64,000 nt of DNA from Polyangiaceae bacterium (lineage in GTDB: Bacteria; Myxococcota_A; Polyangia; Polyangiales; Polyangiaceae). Shown here piece after piece: positions 25,603-35,542 of the stretch (the stretch's first letter is position 1; each line of letters begins with the position of its first letter). Both the position numbers and the translations under genes were made by a program. The stretch spans positions 96,001 through 160,000 of the forward strand of contig JBILLK010000006.1 of assembly GCA_044376115.1 (NCBI GenBank). The letters run 5' to 3'. The notes under the pieces are model-generated. The model made no database searches, was not told where the DNA came from, and saw only the letters and a list, made by a program, of their open reading frames with translations.

Positions 25603-26370
25603 TCACTGATCGGGGTGGATGCCGACAGCCGACAGAAGTGCGCGCACCCGGGTGAAGAAATCAAGCCGATCCAAGGGCCGATTGAGCCAGCCGGTGGTGA
25701 TGCAGTAGTGCTTGCGGAAGGTGCCGTCATGGTGACCCGCATGATGCTCGCGCGAGATGATTAGCCGAGCTCGCATCAGCACCCGAGCAACCAGCGGCGG
25801 CCGCTCCATGTGGGCCCAGCCATGCACGATGCTGGTGAACAAGATGGCCAGCGAGAAGACCAGCACGAATAGCGAAAAAAGCGCAAATCCAGCCGTTCGT
25901 TCGAGATGGTCAGGAAAAATCGCCGGCACCAAAAGATCGAACGGCACCAGCACCAGCAAGGTCACCAAACAGTTGTCTCCGTTGGCTTCGACGAAGTCAT
26001 GCTTGGTGATCCCGAGCGGGTCGCGGTGGTGCTCACGAAACGGAAAGATCAGCTTCGGTCCGAGGAACGGCGTCTCCTCCCGCGCGTATGTGTCCGCCAG
26101 GAAGTGGACGAAGCCGCTGACGAAGTCAGCCGCTAGCAGCGCCAAGAGCAGCACCGGTAGGGTGAACAGCAAGAGCCACAACTGCTCGGCGATTACCGCG
26201 CCAATCCTGACGGCGATGCGTGCGACGAACAGGAAGTACACGGCCACCGCGGCGCACTCGATCACGCGATAGCGGCTCTTCCAGCGCAGCCCGCCACCCA
26301 GGAAATACTCTGCCAGTCCAGTTCGCAACGGGGGTTGTTGCGTGGTCGCATTGACGACTTCGTTCGACAT
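25603..26370 (-). CDS. carF: CarF/TMEM189-family plasmanylethanolamine desaturase
   Basis: ADFVSGFVHFLADTY, FREHHRDPLGITKHDFVEANGDNC, HGWAH, HHAGHH, YCITTGWLN. Confidence 0.88.
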   Translation of the reverse strand: MSNEVVNATTQQPPLRTGLAEYFLGGGLRWKSRYRVIECAAVAVYFLFVARIAVRIGAVIAEQLWLLLFTLPVLLLALLAADFVSGFVHFLADTYAREETPFLGPKLIFPFREHHRDPLGITKHDFVEANGDNCLVTLLVLVPFDLLVPAIFPDHLERTAGFALFSLFVLVFSLAILFTSIVHGWAHMERPPLVARVLMRARLIISREHHAGHHDGTFRKHYCITTGWLNRPLDRLDFFTRVRALLSAVGIHPDQ

Positions 26371-26416
26371 CCCAGCCACCTTACGCACGACTCCTCTCGC
26401 CGGTTCAGCGAGAACG

Positions 26417-27478
26417 CTACCCAGGCAGGACCTCTTCAACCTGGGCCAAGAGCAGCATCCTGCGTTGAATGATCGGACTCGAACCATCGAGTAGGCGCGC
26501 CGTTTCGGCTAGCACCTCCTCGAGGGGGATGATTCGAACGCTCGGATCGAGCGTCTCGCGGCCTACGCCGAAGGGTGGCTCCCAACCGACCATCACGTCG
26601 CTGAGCCCGGCCTCGAGCGCGACGATCGACGCGAAGCTCAGCCGCTGCGCCAGGGTTCGATCCAGCGCTGTAGGGTCACCGCCGCGCACCACGTGTCCGA
26701 GTACCGTCTCCCGCGCATCCACCCCGGGCGCGATCGTCGTCAGCAGCTCTTGAACGCGCTCGCGGAGCCGTGCCACCGGGATCGTGCAGCCCTCGCTCTT
26801 GACGATGAGCACCCGCTTCTTTTCGCGACCCGCGGCAAAACAGCGGCGCAACATGCGGTCGAGTCGGGCAATGACCTCCTCCTCGATCATGCCGCCTTCC
26901 CCGTAAAGAATGGCGTCGGCTTCAGCCGCGATGCCGGCGCGCATGGCGAGGAAGCCGCAATTGCGGCCCATCACTTCGACGATGAAGCAGCGCCGATGAG
27001 CGCGCGCCGTGTCGCTGATGCGGTCGCAAGCGCCGACGATGGTGTTGACGGCGGTATCCACGCCGATAGCCAAGCCCGCGTGGCCGACGTCGTTGTCGAT
27101 CGAGGCGGGGATGCCGACGACCTTGAGCGAAGCACTCTTGGCCGCAAGCACGTGCGCGCCGGTCAAGGAGCCGTTGCCTCCCACCACGACCAATCCCTCG
27201 ATCCCGAGCTCCTTCAAGTTGGCCATGGCGCGCGTTTGCCCCTCGGGCGTCGTCATTTCGAGACAACGCGAGGAGCCGAGGACGGTACCGCCTTGGCGCG
27301 TTATGCCTTCGATACTGTCCGCCGCTAGCGGACCCGCGTCCTTGTTGAGCACGCCAAGGTAGCCGTTTCGGATTCCTACGATCTCGTGGCCGCGCGCCTT
27401 GCCGACCACGGCCAGGGCTCGAATCGCAGCGTTCATTCCGGGGGCGTCGCCTCCCGAGGTGAGGATCCCAATGCGCAT
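26417..27478 (-). CDS. pfkA: 6-phosphofructokinase (ATP-type motifs)
   Basis: TSGGDAPGMN, GGNGS, PASIDND, EVMGR, LGHVVRGG. Confidence 0.95.
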   Translation of the reverse strand: MRIGILTSGGDAPGMNAAIRALAVVGKARGHEIVGIRNGYLGVLNKDAGPLAADSIEGITRQGGTVLGSSRCLEMTTPEGQTRAMANLKELGIEGLVVVGGNGSLTGAHVLAAKSASLKVVGIPASIDNDVGHAGLAIGVDTAVNTIVGACDRISDTARAHRRCFIVEVMGRNCGFLAMRAGIAAEADAILYGEGGMIEEEVIARLDRMLRRCFAAGREKKRVLIVKSEGCTIPVARLRERVQELLTTIAPGVDARETVLGHVVRGGDPTALDRTLAQRLSFASIVALEAGLSDVMVGWEPPFGVGRETLDPSVRIIPLEEVLAETARLLDGSSPIIQRRMLLLAQVEEVLPG

Positions 27479-27509
27479 CGCCCGATGGTCGATGTAGCGA
27501 GCGAGCCGG

Positions 27510-28370
27510 TCAACCCTCTTTCCGCGGAAGCTGGGAGCGCCGCAGCTCTCGCTCGGCGTCGATTGCTTCGAGGGAGCTCTTTGCGCCGGCGAAGAAAGCG
27601 ATCTGCCCGTCGGGGACCTCGGCCTCACGCAGGTTGATACGAATGAGCGTCGCGCCACGACGTCGGCAAAGTTGCTCACCGAGCATGCGTACGGTTGGGA
27701 TCGCCGTGCCAGCGCCGCACTCGACGATCACGAGCTTTGCGCTGGCGGGAAGGGCCTCGAGCCAGCGCTCGAGTCGGGCCTCTTGTTCGTCGGTGCGCCG
27801 GGAGTCCCAGCCGCTGTCGCCGAACATCAATACGTTGGGGCGGGCCAGCCCGCCGCATCGCGCACAGCTCGGCAGCGGGCCGCGTGCGCGGAAGCTGCTT
27901 TCGTCGACCTCGACGATCGCGCCGTCTGCGCTGAAGATGCCGGGGCAACCGCGCAGACATTGCAAATAGTCGATCGCACCGTGGCACTCGACCATGCGCT
28001 CTGCGTCGAAGCCCGCGCGCACAAAGGCGCCGTCGACGTTGCTAGTGAACACGAAGCCGCCACTGGCGCAGCTGGCCGCCCAACGTTTGAGCACGGCAAA
28101 GCCGGCGTGCGGCGCGGTGCTTCGATAGAGGTTGAGCCGATGCCCGTAGAAGCCCCAGGCGAGGGTCGGATCGGTATGAAACCAGCGCGGGTTGGCCATC
28201 TGGGCGAAGGAAAGGCCAAGCTTCGCGATCGGTGGATAGACCGCCCAAAAGCCTTCGTTACCGCGAAAATCCGGCAAGCCCGAATCCACGCCCATGCCAG
28301 CGCCCGCGGTGATCAGCAGCGCGTCTGCCTGGTCCACGGCCAGCGCCGCTCTGGCGATGGAAGAAATCAT
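27510..28370 (-). CDS. Sir2-family NAD-dependent deacylase
   Basis: GAGMGVDSGLPDFRG, TSNVDG, ECHG, two Cys pairs, RPNVLMFGD. Confidence 0.92.
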   Translation of the reverse strand: MISSIARAALAVDQADALLITAGAGMGVDSGLPDFRGNEGFWAVYPPIAKLGLSFAQMANPRWFHTDPTLAWGFYGHRLNLYRSTAPHAGFAVLKRWAASCASGGFVFTSNVDGAFVRAGFDAERMVECHGAIDYLQCLRGCPGIFSADGAIVEVDESSFRARGPLPSCARCGGLARPNVLMFGDSGWDSRRTDEQEARLERWLEALPASAKLVIVECGAGTAIPTVRMLGEQLCRRRGATLIRINLREAEVPDGQIAFFAGAKSSLEAIDAERELRRSQLPRKEG

Positions 28371-28494
28371 CGCGTCAGTTTAGCCGTGGACGCGCGTCCT
28401 TCGTGGAGTTCGTTGCCAGATGAGCCCCGCTCTCCGCGGTGGCGCCTCGTCGTGAAAGGCGCCACCGCGTTTTTTTTTCGCGTACGCTGGGCTG

Positions 28495-28881
28495 ATGCGG
28501 ATGCTCCACACCATGTTGCGCGTCGGGGATCTCGACGCTTCTTTGGCCTTTTACTGCGAGGGCCTCGGGATGAAGTTGCTGCGTCGCAACGACTATCCGG
28601 GCGGTGAGTTCACCTTGGCGTTCGTCGGTTACGGTGAAGAGTCGAACAGCACGGTGCTCGAGCTGACGCACAATTGGGGGCGCAAGGACTACACGCTCGG
28701 CGACGCCTTTGGCCATCTCGCGTTCAGCACGAGCAACATCGTAGAGACGGTGGAGCGGCTGCGTGCGAAGGGCATCAAGGTGACGAGGGAGCCCGGGCCG
28801 ATGAAGCACGGTACGACGGTGATCGCTTTCGTCGAAGACCCGGACGGCTACAAGGTGGAGCTAATCGAACGCGCGGAGTGA
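28495..28881 (+). CDS. gloA: Lactoylglutathione lyase (glyoxalase I)
   Basis: [37 protein letters not shown]. Confidence 0.97.
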   Translation: MRMLHTMLRVGDLDASLAFYCEGLGMKLLRRNDYPGGEFTLAFVGYGEESNSTVLELTHNWGRKDYTLGDAFGHLAFSTSNIVETVERLRAKGIKVTREPGPMKHGTTVIAFVEDPDGYKVELIERAE

Positions 28882-29075
28882 GTGCGAAGCGGCGGACGCG
28901 GTTTCCGTCGCACTGACGGGCCGCGCTCTGGTTTGCCGCGATCCGCGGTGCTCGCGTCGATAGGAGCCCGCTCCAGGGTTGCTGCCTGCGGGCCGCACCC
29001 GTTCCCAGCGCAGACCGATGTTGCTACCGGTGGTTGCAACGTCCGTGAACTACTGCGGACAGAGGAGCCCTTTTT

Positions 29076-30923
29076 ATGCGCTTACGCGACCGCAAGCTCG
29101 CGCTGTTGCTCGCCACTCTGGTGGCCGGCCTTGTCGTTGAAACGAAGGTCTCGGCCCAAGAAGCTGCCGCCATCGACCTGCCAAAGTTTGACCCCTCCTT
29201 CGCGGGAGACCGCTTCTTCGGCGTGCCTTCACCCTTCACGCCCAGCGACGGCGTGTTCAACCTGCACGGTGGTGTCGTGCTCGACTACGCGCACAACCCG
29301 CTGGTGGTTGCTTCGAGCGATGATTCACCGCTCTCGTGCGGCGAGTCCGAGTGTTCCGTCGTTGAGCATCAGCTCTTCCTCCACGCCAACGTGACCGTAG
29401 CCTTGTTCGATCGCGTGTCGGTCAACGTCGATATGCCGTTTGCGTTGTACCAAGCGGGGGAGGGCAACGTCGGCAATGACGCCTTGACGTTGACCAGCCC
29501 CAGCGGAGCCGAGCTCGGGGACCTGCGGGTGGGTGCGCGCGTTCGCTTGTTCGGCGAGTACCATGACGCCTTCCAGGTTGGCCTTGGCGGCTATCTGTGG
29601 GTTCCCACTGGCGGTAGCGATGCCTACGTGACCGATGGTTCGGTGCGTGGTCAGCCTCATGCGCTCGTCGGTGGGCGCGCGGATCGCTTCATCTGGACGG
29701 CGGCGGTCGGGCCGACGCTGCGAGGCTCGGCGCAGGTCGCGAACGTGACCCTCGGCCATCAGTTCAATTGGGGCGCTGGCGCTGGAGTGCTGCTGCTCGA
29801 GGATCGCACGCTGCAGCTGGGGCTTGAAACCAGCGGAGCCGTTTCGTTCGACGAGACCGAAGGTCGCAACACCAACGCCGAGGTGCTCGCCGGAGCGAAG
29901 TTCCGCTTCGTGAAGTTCATGGAGGCAGGCCTGGCAGCCGGTCCCGGTCTGACCAACGGCGTCGGTACGCCGGACTTTCGAGGCGTATTCACGCTGCAGT
30001 ACACGCCTGAGCCCGTCGCTGCACGAGACTCCGATGGAGACGGCATTCTCGACGCCGTGGACGCCTGCCCGACGGTCAAAGGCGTGACCTCGTCGGATCC
30101 GGCCAAGCACGGCTGCCCGGCCGAGATCGGTGACAAAGACAAGGACGGCATCCTCGATGACGTCGACGCTTGCATCGACATCCCCGGTGTCGCTAGCGAC
30201 GACAAGAAGAAGCACGGCTGCCCGGTCGTGATCGGTGACAAGGACAAGGACGGCATCCTCGACAACGTTGACGCTTGCGTGGACGTGGCTGGCGTCGCCA
30301 ACGAAGACCCGAAGAAGAACGGCTGCCCGCCGGATCGTGACGGGGACGGCATCATCGACGCTGAAGACGCTTGTCCGGATCTTGCTGGCGTCGCCAGCGA
30401 AGACAAGACGAAGCACGGCTGCCCGCTGCCGGTGGACACCGACGGTGACGGCATCATGGATCCGGATGACGCGTGCCCGCGCGAGAAGGGCGCGCCCAAC
30501 GCGGACAAGACGAAGCACGGCTGCCCGACGGTTTTCATCACCGAGAACGAGATCGTGATCCTCGAGCAGGTCCAGTTCGACACCGGCAAGGCTACAATCA
30601 AGCCGGTCTCCAACGACCTGCTCGACAAGGTGAGCAAGATCCTGAAGGAGCACCCGGAGATCAAGAAGCTCGAGGTGCAGGGCCACACCGATTCGCGCGG
30701 CACTCGCCAGTCCAACGTGATCCTCTCCGATGCACGAGCGAAAGCCGTCCTCCAGGCGCTCGTCAAGCGAGGCATCGAGGCCGCCCGTCTCAGCTCCAAG
30801 GGCTACGGCCCCGACAAGCCGCTCGACCCGGCTCAGAACGAGGCCGCTTGGAGCAAGAACCGGCGCGTTCAGTTCGTGGTCCTGCAGAAGGATGCCTCGA
30901 ACACTGAGGTCAAAACCAAATGA
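29076..30923 (+). CDS. TraB-like OmpA-family protein (beta-barrel + five TSP3-like repeats + OmpA_C)
   Basis: GAGGAG RBS, signal peptide, LDYAHNPLV, GDLRVG, five DxDxDGIxDxxDAC repeats, VQGHTD...NRRVQF. Confidence 0.9.
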   Translation: MRLRDRKLALLLATLVAGLVVETKVSAQEAAAIDLPKFDPSFAGDRFFGVPSPFTPSDGVFNLHGGVVLDYAHNPLVVASSDDSPLSCGESECSVVEHQLFLHANVTVALFDRVSVNVDMPFALYQAGEGNVGNDALTLTSPSGAELGDLRVGARVRLFGEYHDAFQVGLGGYLWVPTGGSDAYVTDGSVRGQPHALVGGRADRFIWTAAVGPTLRGSAQVANVTLGHQFNWGAGAGVLLLEDRTLQLGLETSGAVSFDETEGRNTNAEVLAGAKFRFVKFMEAGLAAGPGLTNGVGTPDFRGVFTLQYTPEPVAARDSDGDGILDAVDACPTVKGVTSSDPAKHGCPAEIGDKDKDGILDDVDACIDIPGVASDDKKKHGCPVVIGDKDKDGILDNVDACVDVAGVANEDPKKNGCPPDRDGDGIIDAEDACPDLAGVASEDKTKHGCPLPVDTDGDGIMDPDDACPREKGAPNADKTKHGCPTVFITENEIVILEQVQFDTGKATIKPVSNDLLDKVSKILKEHPEIKKLEVQGHTDSRGTRQSNVILSDARAKAVLQALVKRGIEAARLSSKGYGPDKPLDPAQNEAAWSKNRRVQFVVLQKDASNTEVKTK

Positions 30924-30979
30924 ACGGGAACGAAGCAACGAGCTCTGGGGACTGTGAAACCCCGAAAGAAGTAAACCCG

Positions 30980-33900
30980 ATGAAGCGAATCAGTCTTTTC
31001 CTTCTCTTTGCGCTCGTGGCGAGCTTCGCCTGGAGCCAGGACGCGTTGGCGTCCCACTTCCGCTACGGGACGATCTATTGGCGTATCCCGGACCCTGTGG
31101 GCGCGCCGCGTACGGTGGAGTTCACCGTTCAGCAGGCCTGGCGTACAACGTTCCTTGACTGCACCGAAATCAACTTCGGTGATGGCACCACCAGCAACGC
31201 GTGCGGCGGCGTCGCCAACATCGGCGTCGGTCTCGATGCGCTAGGGCAGAGTTATACGCTGCGCCAATACGTCGTGTCGCGAACCTACGCCGGCAACAAC
31301 ACGTCGTTTCTCTCGTTCTTTCAAGCCAATGCTCGAATTGGCGCGCCTCTTCAGAACGGCGCGAATGCTCAGTTCCGCGTCGAGAGCCGGGTCAGTCTGC
31401 TCGCTGGAAACAGCAGCGGGCCGATCTCGGCCTCTCCGCCGATTCGGCAGTTCCAGACCGGTGCGATTCGCCAGATCTTCTTCCCCGTTTTCGATGCCGA
31501 CGGCGACGCAACGTCCTGTCGTATCGGCACCGACGCTGAGGCTGGCTTTACGGGGTCAGTCCCGACGATCGCGGGCAATGCGCCCGTGATAACGGCGGTC
31601 CCGGGTGGTTGCTTGGTGACGTGGAACGTCACCACGGGCGTGGTCGGGAATCAGTACGTGATCCACTTGGTGATGGAGTCAACACGCGGCGGCGGCGTGA
31701 GTTCCACTCACATCGACCTGTTGATTGAACTTGTGCTTCCTCCCGTTCCCACGTGCAACGGCGGCGGCATCTTCGACGTGGATCCCAACGCCAATCTCTC
31801 GGTACTAACAACCATCACTGATCCGGGAATGGCGGTCGGAAACACGACCCTCACGGCTCTCAACAACCCCGCCGGTTCAACGTTCAACCCAGCGCTCAAT
31901 ACGGCGCAAGCCGCACCCTGGAGCAGCACCTTCTCATGGACGCCCAACCTTGCTCAGGCTGGAACGACTCGCATCGTCACGGTGAATTACACCAACGCGA
32001 TCAACCTCACGGGCACCTGCTTCCTGGTGATCACGGTCCCGGCCTGCGCAAACTTTGGTGATGCTTGCAGCGTCGGAGTCGGCGCCTGCCAGGCGAACGG
32101 AACCAACGTTTGCCAAGGCAACACCACGGTGTGCTCGGCGACGCCCGGTACGCCCACCGCCGAGATTTGCGACGGCGCAGACAACAACTGCAACGGTCAA
32201 ACCAACGAGGGCTTCAACGTCGGAGCGGCCTGTGACACCGGCTTGGACGGCGTTTGCGGACCGGGCAGCTTGGCCTGTGCGGGGCCCAACGCAACGGCTT
32301 GCATCAGCACCACCGGTCCGAGCGCCGAACAATGCGCTGACCTTTTGGACTCCAACTGCGATGGTCTCCCGAGCGAGGGTTGCCCCGGTGACAGCGACGG
32401 CGACGGCATCACCGACGCCAATGAGGTCATCATCGGTACCAATCCGAACGACGCTGACTCTGACGATGACGGCGTGCCCGATGGGCAAGAGCCGCTCGTG
32501 GGCGAAGACAGCGATGGCGACGGATTGATCAACGGCCTCGATCCGGACAGCGATAACGATGGCCTCTACGACGGCACCGAGCTCGGCTTCGACTGCAACT
32601 TGGCTGCGACCAACAACGCCGCTGGTCATTGCCGCGCCGATGCCGACACCGGCTTCACCACCACCAATCCGCTCGACAGCGACACAGACAACGGCGGCGT
32701 TTCGGACGGCCAGGAAGACCTGAATCGCAACGGCATCGTCGACGGCGGGGAGACCAACCCGGTCGCTGGTAACGGCGCTGACGATCTCGTGAACTCACCG
32801 GACACGGATGGCGACGGCTTGCTCGACTCGTTCGAGAACGCCATCGGCACCGACCCCAACGACGGCGACAGCGATGACGACGGCGTGCTCGACGGTGACG
32901 AGCCGAACCCGGCCGATGACACTGACGGTGACGGGCTGATCAACGCGCTCGATCCGGACAGCGACAATGACCTGCTCTTCGACGGCACCGAGCTCGGGCT
33001 CGATTGCAACGATCCCGACACCGACCCGAGCGCGGGCAACTGCATCGCAGACGGTGATGCCGGCGCAACCACCACCAGCCCGCTCATTGCTGATACGGAC
33101 GGCGGCTCGGTGATCGACGGTCTCGAGGACGACGATCGCGACGGCGTGTTCGACGGTGTGAACAGCACCGAGACGAACGCGACCTCCGGCAACGGCGCCG
33201 ACGATCTGCCGAACCCTGCGAACGATGCCGACGGCGACGGCATCTCCGACGCCGACGAGACTGCAGCCGGTACCGATCCGAACGACGCGGATTCGGACGA
33301 CGACGGCGTGATCGACGGTCTCGAGCCGCTCTGGAACGTCGATTCGGATGGCGACGGCTTGATCAATGCGCTCGATCCAGACAGCGACAACGACGGTCTC
33401 TACGACGGCACCGAGCTCGGCTTCAATTGCTCCAATCCAGCGACCGACGTCGCGCTCGGGCACTGCATCCCCGACGGTGACAACGGCGCTACGCGCACCA
33501 ACCCGCTCGACGCCGATAGCGACAACGGCGGCGTTCGCGACGGTCAGGAAGACCTCAACCGCAATGGCGTTGTCGACGCGGGTGAGACCGACCCGACGGC
33601 TGGTCACGCAGCCGATGACGTCGACACCGATAGCGACAACGACGGCATCACCAATGCCGCCGAAGTAGCGCTTGGCACCGATCCGAACGACGCTGACTCG
33701 GACGACGACGGCGTACTCGACGGTGACGAGGCCAACCTGGCCGATGACACTGACGGCGACGGCCTGATCAACGCGCTCGACCCGGACAGCGACAACGACC
33801 TCTTGTTCGACGGCACCGAGGTCGGCAACGATTGCAGCAATCCGGCGACCGACGCTTCGGCGGGGACCTGCATCGCCGACGCTGACAACGGCGCAACCAC

Positions 33901-35542
33901 CACCAGCATGGTCGACGCTGATAGCGACGACGGCTCGGTGATCGACGGCCTCGAGGACGACAACCACAACGGCGTCGTCGACGCTGGCGAGTCGAACCCG
34001 GTCGCTGGCAACGGCGCTGACGACCTCACCAACGACGCCGACGGCGACGGTATCAACGACCAAGACGAGACTGACGCTGGCACCGACCCGAACGACGCCG
34101 ACAGTGATGACGATGGCATCATCGACGGTCTCGAGCCGCAATGGGACGAGGACTTCGACGGTGACGGTCTGATCAACGCGCTCGATCCGGACAGCGACAA
34201 CGACGGTCTCTACGACGGCACCGAGGTGGGCAACGATTGCTCGAACCCGGCGACCAACGTAGCGGCAGGACATTGCATCGCCGATGGCGACGGTGGCGCG
34301 ACCAAGACCAACCCGCTCGACCCCGACAGCGATGACGGGGGCGTGCCGGACGGCCAGGAAGATCTCGACCGAGACGGCGTTTACGAACCCGCTGACGGCG
34401 AGACCAACCCCACCGCCGGCAACGGCGCGGACGACAACAACACCGACACCGACGGCGACGGCCTAACCGACGCGTTCGAGAACGAGATCGGTTCCAACCC
34501 GAACGACGCGGATAGCGATGATGACGGCGTGCGCGATGGTGACGAGGCCAACCCGGCCGATGACACCGACGGCGACGGCGATATCAACGTCCTCGACCCC
34601 GACAGTGATGACGACGGCCTGTTCGACGGTACCGAGGTCGGCAACGATTGCGACGACCCGGCGACGGACGCTGCCGCTGGCAATTGCATCGCCGACGTCG
34701 ACAACGGCGCAACCACCACCAGCATGGTGGACGCCGACAGCGACAATGGCGGCGTGATCGACGGCGACGAAGACACCAACCACAACGGCGTGGTCGACGG
34801 CATCGAGACGGATCCGACCGCTGGCAACGGCGACGACGATCAGGACGACGACTTTGACAACGACGGCATTGACAACGCGACCGAGCTCGAGATCGGCACC
34901 GACCCGGGCGACGCCGACAGCGACGACGACGGTGTGATCGATGGTGATGAGCCCTCGTTCGACCAAGACACCGACGGCGACGGGCAGATCAACGCGCTCG
35001 ACCCCGACAGCGATGACGACGGTCTCTTCGATGGCACCGAGCTCGGCCTTGATTGTGCAAATGGCGCTACCGACGTTGACGCAGGTAACTGCATCCCCGA
35101 CGGTGACGAGGGCACGACCAAGACCGATCCGCTCAACCCCGACACCGACGGCGGCTCCGTGCCCGACGGTACCGAGGACACCAACCTCAACGGCGTCGTC
35201 GACGCTGGCGAGCGGGACCCGAACAACCAAGCCGACGACGTGACCACGCCGCCGGAATGCCTCACCGATGCTGATTGCGGTGATCTGACCTCCGGTCGGA
35301 TTTGTGAGGCGGCCGTGTGCATCGATGGTTGCCGTGGCAACGCCGGTAACGGCTGCCCCGACGGCCTGGTTTGCAGCACTGACAACACCGAGCCTGGTGA
35401 GTGTGTGGAGCCCGATGACACCGAGATCTTCGCTGAAGGTAATGGCGTCCTGTGCACCACCTCACGAGCAAGCAACGACAACGCCTGGAGCCTGCTCGCA
35501 GTGCTCGGCTTGGCGCTGGCATGGGCAAGGCGCCGTCGCTAA
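30980..35542 (+). CDS. Large surface adhesin-like protein: HFRYG N-terminal domain, Cys-rich metal-binding motifs, seven acidic Ca-binding repeats, MYXO-CTERM-like anchor
   Basis: Signal peptide ending ALA, EICDGADNNCNG motif, DSDxDG repeats, C-terminal EGNGVLC...[18 protein letters not shown]. Confidence 0.88.
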   Translation: MKRISLFLLFALVASFAWSQDALASHFRYGTIYWRIPDPVGAPRTVEFTVQQAWRTTFLDCTEINFGDGTTSNACGGVANIGVGLDALGQSYTLRQYVVSRTYAGNNTSFLSFFQANARIGAPLQNGANAQFRVESRVSLLAGNSSGPISASPPIRQFQTGAIRQIFFPVFDADGDATSCRIGTDAEAGFTGSVPTIAGNAPVITAVPGGCLVTWNVTTGVVGNQYVIHLVMESTRGGGVSSTHIDLLIELVLPPVPTCNGGGIFDVDPNANLSVLTTITDPGMAVGNTTLTALNNPAGSTFNPALNTAQAAPWSSTFSWTPNLAQAGTTRIVTVNYTNAINLTGTCFLVITVPACANFGDACSVGVGACQANGTNVCQGNTTVCSATPGTPTAEICDGADNNCNGQTNEGFNVGAACDTGLDGVCGPGSLACAGPNATACISTTGPSAEQCADLLDSNCDGLPSEGCPGDSDGDGITDANEVIIGTNPNDADSDDDGVPDGQEPLVGEDSDGDGLINGLDPDSDNDGLYDGTELGFDCNLAATNNAAGHCRADADTGFTTTNPLDSDTDNGGVSDGQEDLNRNGIVDGGETNPVAGNGADDLVNSPDTDGDGLLDSFENAIGTDPNDGDSDDDGVLDGDEPNPADDTDGDGLINALDPDSDNDLLFDGTELGLDCNDPDTDPSAGNCIADGDAGATTTSPLIADTDGGSVIDGLEDDDRDGVFDGVNSTETNATSGNGADDLPNPANDADGDGISDADETAAGTDPNDADSDDDGVIDGLEPLWNVDSDGDGLINALDPDSDNDGLYDGTELGFNCSNPATDVALGHCIPDGDNGATRTNPLDADSDNGGVRDGQEDLNRNGVVDAGETDPTAGHAADDVDTDSDNDGITNAAEVALGTDPNDADSDDDGVLDGDEANLADDTDGDGLINALDPDSDNDLLFDGTEVGNDCSNPATDASAGTCIADADNGATTTSMVDADSDDGSVIDGLEDDNHNGVVDAGESNPVAGNGADDLTNDADGDGINDQDETDAGTDPNDADSDDDGIIDGLEPQWDEDFDGDGLINALDPDSDNDGLYDGTEVGNDCSNPATNVAAGHCIADGDGGATKTNPLDPDSDDGGVPDGQEDLDRDGVYEPADGETNPTAGNGADDNNTDTDGDGLTDAFENEIGSNPNDADSDDDGVRDGDEANPADDTDGDGDINVLDPDSDDDGLFDGTEVGNDCDDPATDAAAGNCIADVDNGATTTSMVDADSDNGGVIDGDEDTNHNGVVDGIETDPTAGNGDDDQDDDFDNDGIDNATELEIGTDPGDADSDDDGVIDGDEPSFDQDTDGDGQINALDPDSDDDGLFDGTELGLDCANGATDVDAGNCIPDGDEGTTKTDPLNPDTDGGSVPDGTEDTNLNGVVDAGERDPNNQADDVTTPPECLTDADCGDLTSGRICEAAVCIDGCRGNAGNGCPDGLVCSTDNTEPGECVEPDDTEIFAEGNGVLCTTSRASNDNAWSLLAVLGLALAWARRRR
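32390..35239 (+). repeat. Seven ~135-140-aa tandem acidic coding repeats
   Basis: Each unit reads DxDGDG..D..E...GTxPNDADSDDDG...LDPDSDxD.L.DGTE.G..C...........C...ED.N.NG. Confidence 0.92.

Noticed and set aside
27510..28370. Sir2 gene as an anti-phage NADase or SirTM ADP-ribosyltransferase
   Set aside because: It retains the catalytic His and Zn-binding Cys pairs, stands alone among metabolic genes, and has no macrodomain or defence partner.
26417..28881. pfkA-sirtuin-gloA as a dedicated glycation-control module
   Set aside because: Plausible, but supported only by adjacency of common housekeeping genes.
29325..35481. Long antisense or alternate-frame ORFs (e.g. 29325-30938, 32795-34273; also 41604-42776, 18384-19478, 781-1719)
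   Set aside because: Shadows of high-GC codon bias opposite well-supported genes, with no motifs of their own.
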